A DNA stretch of 64,000 nucleotides, from positions 496,001-560,000 of the forward strand of contig NW_002060967.1 of assembly GCF_000150275.1 (NCBI RefSeq). The letters run 5' to 3'. The position numbers and the translations under genes are program-made. This document shows positions 51,816-64,000 of the stretch, piece after piece. How positions within the stretch are numbered: position 1 is the stretch's first letter; the number at the start of each line of letters is the position of its first letter. Under the pieces are notes generated by a model. It did not search any database and was not told where the DNA came from. It saw only the letters and a program-made list of their open reading frames with translations. This stretch comes from Trichoplax adhaerens. Its lineage: Eukaryota > Animalia > Placozoa.

Positions 51816-54482
51816 CTAGGATTGCTCGTTTTGCTGTTCCAATATACGATTGGTAGATATTAGTATTCGAGCGGTCAGCATTGGGCAGTTACAAAAGTAA
51901 ATTTCTTCCAATAAATGAGGCGGTAATCGAGAAACATCCAATTGGCTGTTATCAAAACAAGGTGTATACAGATATTCCTCGGTTGTTTTATTGTATCTTA
52001 CGGTGAATTCCAGTCCTAAATTGATAAATGAAGTAATAGAATAATTTTAAAATTATTTTATAAATTATCTTTTACGATCTGATGGCTGTATTATGCATAG
52101 TTATCATATGGGTACAACTTCAATGCTAACATACTGCTTTGACAGGATTTATTTTACTTTGATGGATTTTATTGTCAAACCTTTTAAATCTTGTGATCGA
52201 ATTTTGAATACTTCTTTGTCCTTATTAACACTACTAAGGGGTAAGGGCTCAATATCTAATCGATTAAACTTTTGATATGCTTTGATAGTCATCGCTTGTT
52301 CTTCGATAACGTGCTAAATAAAAATTGTTGATTTTTAATTTATATCTCATCAAAGTATGGTACCCTTGCTATTTCTAGACAACAAGGATAAGCGTACAAA
52401 GATAGGATATTGATTGATTTTATTCTTTCATTCTCACCCTCATCGCTTCAGTGTCAGGGCTTTCAATTCTACTGTTGCGCAAGTTGTTTAACCTTTCTCT
52501 AGCTTTATTTAATTGGTGCTGCAATTTCTTATTTTCATCCACTACAGTTTGCATTTTGCTATGGTGACACTTGAAGTTCATTTCAGTTATGATATGCAAC
52601 CGATGCAGGTGATCATTTAAGAAATTGTATCTTGTTAGCTAGTCCATTTAGTATCCAGTATTTAACATACACGTATTAACGTCGCTTATTTCTATTCATG
52701 GTAGATGGATTATTACACTGGGTACCGATAACTTACCTCTAACGCGTCTGTTTGTGAATGATTCTGTTGATCATTATTATGCGCGTTGTCTCGGCTATCT
52801 TTTACACCTTGTAATTGCTTTTGCAGGTCTTGCTTTTCATCGATGATACTTTGTAATTTTTTTCGATATAATTCGATTTTTTCATCAGATACTGTAATAA
52901 GCAAAGATTGACTTTCAATTTAATTTGATTCTTTATTATACATTGTGGTATTGGATCACTAGATTAGATGCGTGTCTACATCTGCGATAGAATACATCTT
53001 AATGGAAGTAATTGATGTACAGGATTAGGAAATCCTTTTTTGTTCAGTTCAGTTCAGTTTGAATATACCTATATACTTATGTACTACTATCCTTTCTGCT
53101 ACTGCAGTTGATCATTTTTATTTACGATAATAAACACAATATATCAAGTGTGCTGTATCATATGGCATGAAAGTTTCAACTCAGATCAACATCACCATGA
53201 TATGACAATTTTCATATCAACATCGTGTGTAAGACAGGAAAAATAAATACTCAATACTGCACTTACCTCGACAACGTTCTTGACAATCTAACTCTAATTG
53301 ATGATAGCGTCGTTCGGGTTCAGTCTCTCTGGTTTCTAAAAGTTTTTCGAATAATGCGCGGAAAGTATTTTCATCGGAAGGAATGGATTGATTTTCCTAT
53401 TAGGTAGAGCATAACATTGCAATGGCTTATCACTTTGTAAGTACTGATTTATTTTATGCAAGGTGAAAACAGTGACGCACGTTTGACACAGTTTCAATGA
53501 GCAATATTGGATTCAAAGGTTCAAAAATGGTTGTATTCCATTTGTACACGTATTGATCGTACATTGCATAGACAAATGTGGGATCAAGTGCATTACGACG
53601 GAAAAGAGTTACTAGTTCGGGGTATTTTCTCATCTAGTATAAGGCCTTGTATTAGAATCCTGTTAGTAGGGTTTTGATTGGATACACTTAGGACATAGAT
53701 GTATTGGTAGTCGTATGACAAGATTACTAATAACATAAGGGCATAGGTTATTCAATATACAGTACTGTAATGGCAGTGGTACGATGAAATGACTAATGAT
53801 GTAACAAGAACGACATTGATTGATGTACTGTTTTTTATTTCAGGGATAGATGGATTGATGGAAAGCTACGTTCAAAATCAAGATATCATCTTGGTGGTTA
53901 CAAGTAGGCTTTTCACTTTTATTGCAGAGTGATTTCAAATGAACTCTGTATTGTGATGATGTAGCGAACAATTTGGACAAGTCTGTCTACTGGTCAAGCG
54001 ATGCATTGATTCAATAAACAACAATATTGTAAGCATTCATTGGCGTCCTACGTTGTTGATGGAGGCGATTGGATGATTGATGAATAAGCGAAAGACTATA
54101 CTGTACGATGAAAAGAAGAGATGATGTTGATCGTTATTGTAGGCTGTGATGTGTGTTACAGAGTGATTTAAAATTGGAATGATGTATCAGGAATAGCCTA
54201 GGACAAGACTTTCTACTATGATGAATGGATGCATCCACTGTGTATTTTTCTACACGATCGTGAGGGAGTTTTGGACTGGGACAGGAAACTGCAGTACTAT
54301 CAAGGCAACGAAACGTAGGACGAATACTCCAAGTTATTTGAAGCGTATTTCCCACTGACCTTGGTCGACTTTGAAGTTTTCCTTGATTGATGTCTATTTC
54401 TTCTTGCCATTGGTGAATTTTCATGACTGGAGTCGAGAGGACGCTTGATCCTAGTATACCTCCTCGAGCTGCTGGTGGCCAT
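51816..54482 (-). CDS. Probable monopolin subunit Csm1/Pcs1 (plant TITAN9) homolog: basic N-terminal tail, coiled coil, C-terminal RWD-type domain; 6 exons, 290 aa
   Basis: Exons 54482-54360, 53396-53267, 52891-52737, 52569-52438, 52313-52181 and 52015-51816 total 873 nt in frame. The coiled coil begins LFEKLLETRETEPERRYHQLELDCQERCRVSDEKIELYRKKL. The C-terminus is AYQKFNRLDI..EVFKIRSQDLKGGLEFTVRYNKTTEEYLYTPCFDNSQLDVSRLPPHLLEEIYFCNCPMLTARIL. The gene model is solid; the family assignment rests on remembered motifs. Confidence 0.7.
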
Positions 54483-54551
54483 TTTAACAATTTGAATAAT
54501 TTTGAATTTGACCGCTACCGTTAAAAAAGTTCCACAATAAATAGAAATGCT

Positions 54552-54857
54552 GCTGTACAGTGTACAGTCCACTAGGGGACTGAGCTTACGATACATTGTA
54601 CTGTGCCTGCAGACCGTGCTACTGTAGTACAGTATTTTTGGAGGATAAATACTGTACTGCAACCACTGTACACTGTACGAGACTGCAACAGAGGGTCGAG
54701 ACAGACAGGCGCATAGTACAGTCGACAATGTACTGTACATTGTACTGTACACTGTATACAGTACAATGATTGTAGGCGTGCTTGTACTGTACTGTACACT
54801 GTACAGTACAGTACAGTACAGTACAGTACACTACACTGTACATTGTACTGTACAGTA
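54552..54857. repeat. (CTGTA)n/(TACAG)n self-complementary cluster in the Csm1-like/WWOX divergent promoter
   Basis: For example GTACTGTACTGTACACTGTACAGTACAGTACAGTACAGTACAGTACA at 54784-54830, with many more CTGTAC/GTACAG words from 54554 onward. Confidence 0.88.
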
Positions 54858-55421
54858 TAATCACCTTAGCCGCAAAACACAGTGCTGCAAAATGGCGATT
54901 TGAAGGGAAACAACAGTCGTACCTTCTTCTGCAATGATTTCAAATCTGCAGGATACTGACTGAATTCTAGTTTGAAAATTGCATCGATTGCTCCTTCATC
55001 TATCTTTTTATATCAAATGACAGGCAAATTTGACAGCTTGACTACAATTTAGAGCGCCTTACACCACTCCAATAACAACCGCCTCACACTCGTACACTAC
55101 CGTACAGTCTACAGTCTACAGTATTTTGTGGCCAATGTGGACTGTACTAGCGTATCCAGCAACAGGATACGACTGGTCTGTCATAGACTCACGGTCGCCA
55201 TCGCCATACCAATGCCTTGTACCTGGCCTGTTCCTTCAGCCAGTTGGCTGAAAAGTCAGTCCATCCATCCAGGAGAAAGTAGGCACTACTTCGTCAACAG
55301 TATCCATTCAAAATGGCCAAGTAGGCAAAGTCGACACAATTCATTGCTTTTACTCATCATCATCATCTGCCACAGTATCGCCATTCATTGATCATCTTCA
55401 TCACAAGTAGGAGGACCAACG

Positions 55422-58400
55422 ATGCAAGTGTCTAATCTTTATAGCAACGACGCTGACACAACCAGTTCGGATGCTGATTCAGATCCTGAATTACTACCTG
55501 GCTGGGAGAAAAGTAAAACATCGACTGGAAGAACCTTTTACGTTGAGTGAGTTCTACAACATCGTTATCCATCATTCTACAGCCAGCATAATACAGTACT
55601 CCAATACAGACTGCATCATCATTCTTCATAACTTCTTTCAGTGTTCATTCCCTTGGCCATTTTCATTCTATTCAGGTTGCATCGTCTCACCGGCTATTAT
55701 CAATCTCATCAGTCTATCATGTAGTTAGGCTGGAGTCCTTTGCTAAATACGCATATCATGATACAATTGACTTTTGCTTTTGTAACAACAAACTTTTCCA
55801 TGCATAATATGTATTGTATTGATCTACAGTTCGACAGCTAACTCAATACTCTAGTAGCGACTGGATGATTGTTATTATTCCTTTTGGCTTGGGCTAATCG
55901 CTGATGCGTTTAGGCTAGAAATCAATTACTGTACTTATACGAGATTGACTTCTGCCTTCTTGTACTAGTCATGGCATAACAATCATTTACATCGAATGAA
56001 TTCCGCTACACCTGCACTGTATTTGCTTTTATCCAAGGTTCTACAGCGAACACAATACTCTAGTAAGAACTGCATGATGGTTGTTGTGATAGTCATAGAC
56101 TTACCCATTTTCATTCTGGTTAGGCTAGGTTGGGCTAGTCTCTGCTACGATGATGACGGCATATTTGTACCATGGAATGAGGCATTGATCCGGCTTAAGT
56201 CCTTTGCTAATCGGCTTCTGCCCTCGTATACAAATAATGTCGTCGTTGATATGAATACGATGTGATAATACTATTAGCCTGATTGTCATAACTCTTAAAT
56301 CAACAAATGTGATAACCCTTAAAGCTTCTCCATGTAGCCAGGATTCTGATTCATTTCAATTTAGTGTGCAATTACTTTCATGGTATTAAAGTCATCATGT
56401 AATCAAAGAATGTTGTCAATATGCAAAACAAGTACACATCAAATCCACGCATTAACCCCATGTTCACAGTCAAACTCACTTTGGCTTCTCCTGGTAGCCA
56501 TAATTCTGTCTTAGTTGCCTTCCCCTTGTTCTCAACCAATCTGTATTACATTACTTGTATGCTTGTACTACGTAAAAGTAATTTTGCAGTAATAGGATGT
56601 TGTCAAGGCTATTAATGATACTCATATAAATGGACTTTATCTTCATTTCTTTATCGTTATAATGTACACGTTTACTATTCTGTACAATGCTAACTGAAAT
56701 ACTGTACATGATTGTCTTATTGATAGCCATAATACTCAAACGACACAGTGGGAACATCCGCAACGTAGCCACAAGAAACCGCATCAAAAGATCGGTAATG
56801 CACCATATACTAATGCTAGTGTAATTATGCTTTAATGTTGACAATCTTCACACATCAAGAAATCATAATAGAGCACTCTAGTTGCACTGTATGTTGTATT
56901 CATTCAATCATCCGTTGCTTAAGTTAATCATGAATGATCATCTTAGTCCATGCCTTATGCAATTCTCTTGTTGCACCGTATGTTGTGTTCATAAAATCGT
57001 CCATGGTATCAACTTACTGCTATTCTGTAGGTTACTCGTTCTTTGTGTTAATAAAGGTTAGCCATGCCAATTAGCAATTCAATAATTCCAATTCTAATCT
57101 CAGATTTACCATTTGGCTGGATTCAAATCAAGAACGAAAATGGTACAATTCTCTATGTCAAGTAAGTTGTTCATTAAAGTGTTACTCCAAAGTCATGATA
57201 GAAATGAACTACTGTAATCATAATCAATACGATTCCAAAGAGTTGATGCATTTTAATACTGTTAGAGTATGCAATAAAATTATTTAAATTAGGTAGCCAT
57301 CAAGATATTCTTGTAATAATTTCGGTAATCGCATTTCAACAATCTTATTTAGTCAAAGAAATCAAAAGAAAACCTATGTAGATCCAAGATTAGCTTTTCG
57401 AATGAAGAAAAATCGCCGAGTATTTGATGCTGTTTCAACATCAATGGACGTCCTACAGGGTAGAAACTTATCCGGTGGAATTGCACTAATAACTGGAGCT
57501 ACTAGCGGAATTGGTTAGTTTGTGGTCTTACTAGGTCTAAAATTAGTAATTTTATTCGATTTGCTGCTTTTGAGTAGTTATGAGCCCTTTGTATATACGC
57601 GTAAAGTGTATATAACCTTAAAATCTCAATTTAAAGCTAGTACATCTGATCTAGTATAAATTTAGGAAAAATTTTAATTCATTACGATAGATAAGGGAAT
57701 CATGGCTTATATTATTGTTATTTAGCATATAAAATTATGAATAATTCGTATTTATTTCCATGTATGACAATGAATACCGTCAATGGTTATACACACACAA
57801 TCAATTAGTATGTTATTACTTCATAAAGACGTAGACTACTGGGCAAATAGATAACTTCAAAATTGATTAGTAAATTCAACATATCGGATACATGCTAAGT
57901 GCAGCCTAAGCTTATTTTTATCATGTAAAACTTGACTACACTCATAGATTTATTAGAATATTGCTGCTCGATCGATACTGGTATTACATTCTAGCTCTGA
58001 TATCATTGCTAGTAAATGATTGATTATTGTCTTATAGCCAAATTGCTGATCAATGTTTAGGATTTGAGACCGCTCGAGCTCTCGCACTGCATGGGGCTTT
58101 AGTCATAATGGGCTGTCATGATATCGTAAAAGGATCTATCGCAGCAAAGAAGATTACAAAAGAAGAGGTTCATCTACTCTTTAAATTACGAACAATTAAG
58201 ATATGAGACCTATTCGTACAAGTTAAAAAAATGAGGCAGTTACTCATAATTTCTATTTGCAAATACTTCCCTTCTACTACTGTACATAATTATAGCAAGA
58301 CTTAACTTTTTATATTTTCTGCCCTAATTATTCTGTGTTTTCATAGCCTCTGGCGAAGATTGACGTTATAGAAGTAGATCTATCGTCTTTAAAGAGTATA

Positions 58401-59438
58401 GCATGCTTAGCTGATGAAGTTTTAAAAAAATACAGGTCGGCAACTTTATGGGATTACTACGTGAAAAATTACCTTGACTAAGGTCTGATCAATCTTGTAT
58501 TACTTGTATCATTCAGGCAATTACATGTAATCATTTGTAATGCTGGTGTATTGGGATTACCGTGGAGACTAACTACGGACGAATTGGAATACACTTTTAC
58601 TGTGAATTATATTGGTCATTTTTATCTCGTAAAATTGTTAACTGAGCTTCTTATTTCCTCCTCGCCGGCAAGAGTTGTTGTTATTTCTTCTGAGTCTCAC
58701 AGGTCTGCTGAATTATGCTTGTCAAACATTCACATATTATCGCATTAAGAATTGACGTCTTTTGCATTGCAATTTCATTTTAGATTTCCCACTACTGATG
58801 GAAGTTCGTTTAATGTGGAAAATATTCTACCTTCAAAACAGCAATTTATCCCAATGGAGGCTTATAATCAATCCAAATTATGTGGAATATTATTTAGTAA
58901 CGAATTCAATCGTAAATATTCATGCTACGGTGTGACATCGAATGCGGTTCACCCAGGCAATTTATTGCCAACTTCGCTATGTCGAAATTCATGGTTTTAT
59001 ACAATTTTATTTTTATTGGCTAGGCCTTTTGCTAAGTCTACTGTAAGTAGCATTGCTAATGAATGATATAGATGTATTCGATATTTCGCAGTACGCTAAA
59101 GTTATAAGAACCTCAACAAATTTAATATATTAAGATCAACAAGCTTGCTACTACTCGTATCCGTATTCCACAATTAGTATAATTTTATAATATGAAATTT
59201 GATGGATAGTTTATTTCTCTCGTTTTAATTGTTATAATCATTTTAGGTGCAAGGTGCTGCTACGACTACTTTTTGTGCAGCAGCTAGAGAGTTGAATGGT
59301 GTTGGCGGTTCTTATTTTAATAATTGCCAACGCTGTGATCCATCGCCTGAATCTCAAAATGAAGAGTTAGCAAGAGCTCTATGGAAATATACTGAAAGTT
59401 TATTAAGCTGTAGAACGATTCGGTTACTTCCTCAATAA
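55422..59438 (+). CDS. WWOX: WW domain-containing oxidoreductase, 9 exons
   Basis: Exons 55422-55546, 56727-56794, 57104-57161, 57353-57513, 58061-58167, 58347-58435, 58517-58702, 58784-59042 and 59247-59438. They encode WW1 ([30 protein letters not shown]), WW2 ([15 protein letters not shown]), the SDR motif [20 protein letters not shown], the catalytic YNQSK, VHPGN and QGAATT. Confidence 0.97.
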
Positions 59439-61029
59439 ATTAATAAATTCTGTATTTATAAATTATTATGAACCATTTCCTCGATCATGAGTAGTCAAAT
59501 GAAATTCTTATATGCCACCCAAATCCTAAACTACCACCGTATGTACATATTTTATTGGATAAATAATTATTTGCTGTGTTATTGATACAGTATATCCTGA
59601 TAGTTATTATTGTTATAATTAGAGATAATAAATATCCACTATAATCATGACAAATTACTTAATGAATACTATGTAAACGTGTATCATTTTATTTGCTGTT
59701 AATGCATCAATTTTATACCTCTTAACTGACTGAAAATAAAGCTGTTTCTACCTAAGGTGCTATCTGAATCGGATCAATACAAATATATCATTAATTAACG
59801 GAGATGATAATAACAATAAAAGCATAATCTAAGGCGGTAATAATTAATCAACACAATAGATGACAAGTACGAGTAATAGTAACAAAAAGTTTAGAAATTG
59901 TAAACTAAGCTATAAATCGTAATAGGCTTATACCTTATTTCTTGCAAGTAGGAAAGCGTGCAATCGATCTTGTAGTTCATCAGGATATTTTTCAAAGTTG
60001 GTGAGCGCCAGTATTTACTCGTATAAACGAAAATAGGTACTCTTTCTTTTGTACTAGTACTTAGAATACTAGAATTAGTGTCAATCTAGTACTCCATGAG
60101 TAACTCACTTTAAGATGCATCTGGCACATTGCTCGATATAAAATTTAGCTTGTTTTGTTTTAACGCGACACAATCAATGCTTGGCTTCACTACGTTCAAA
60201 TTTAAATAAACTCGTGTCGAAAAATTAATCAATGTGACAAGATAGCCATTAAAAAGATCACTTGCTATTACATGATGTATATATTTATTTATTGTAATCC
60301 ACACAATTTTTACTTATCCAGAGATAATATGCATTTCTTTACAAGACCATTCCTGAAGTTATAAATCATTATTTATATAATTAATTACCTTATTTACAAC
60401 ATCGAGATAGACAGCGCAAAGTGAGTTCTATTGCTTTAAATGTTATGACATTACTATGCATAAAACAACTTGAAGGCTCTTCCGCTTAAATTAAAAAATA
60501 ATAATGACAGTACAGTCATGAATGAATGCTTAAAAAGCGTTTTAGCTGAATGTATATCATGCAGTCGTTTAGTAAGAATTTCTATAATTACAATGATACT
60601 AGTACATAATTTAAACCTGTTTTTATCATTTCGTAAAACCATCATTGCAATTATACACATAAAATGCAGAGGCTCAGCACTTGTCATGGTTAAATTTATG
60701 GACAAGGAAAACGTGAGCGAAACTTGAACATTTGGTAGTTTCTATTAGGGTTATTAACTGTAAATGTCCGATGCTCTTCGAATAGTATTAAGTACGGCGT
60801 CCACTCATTGCAATTGCTGAAAAATTATAACTTCTTTCAACTAATGTAGTTGTTTCACAATTTAATAACAAGTCGAAGTACTAATTGAATGATAATTAAC
60901 GTTAAAATAATTCATTTTTCGTGACATTTAAAATATCAAAAATCATTGTACAGTAGTTTGGTTTCACGCACATTGAAATATGCAAAATGCAATTATTATA
61001 ATGAAATACGACGAAAAGCCAACTTTAAC

Positions 61030-64000
<2,971 letters not shown>

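Noticed and set aside
54300-54864. Tyr/Cys/Thr/Val-rich ORFs here and at 47466-47862
   Set aside because: Translations of the CTGTA/TACAG low-complexity tracts. Only 54482-54360 is coding (exon 1 of the Csm1-like gene).
59750-60730. Exon-like fragments with splice signals on the - strand between WWOX and ATG16L1
   Set aside because: I could not join them into a stop-free model and recognise no motif; RNA-seq is needed.

Overview
Eukaryotic (metazoan) genomic DNA: AT-rich and gene-dense, with many short GT-AG introns of about 70-130 bp. This architecture and the gene content suggest a placozoan (Trichoplax-like) genome, which is an inference. Splicing exons by hand gives nine genes: DZIP1/iguana (-, 3' end outside the window), TPP2 (-), TMEM164 (+), a two-exon opsin-like GPCR lacking the retinal lysine (+), golgin GCC2 (-) with an internal five-exon tandem duplication, TRAPPC1 (+), a six-exon gene whose product resembles monopolin Csm1/Pcs1 (-), WWOX (+) and ATG16L1 (-, 5' end outside the window). 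Most ORF-track entries are exon fragments or spurious. The top finding is a probable animal Csm1 kinetochore/monopolin protein that the ORF track does not reveal. Other notable items are a self-complementary (CTGTA/TACAG)n motif clustered in all three head-to-head promoters, the GCC2 duplication whose exons differ more than its introns, a 68-bp MITE with a 7-bp target-site duplication, an RFX X-box upstream of the ciliary gene DZIP1, and several decayed tandem arrays that inflate long introns.
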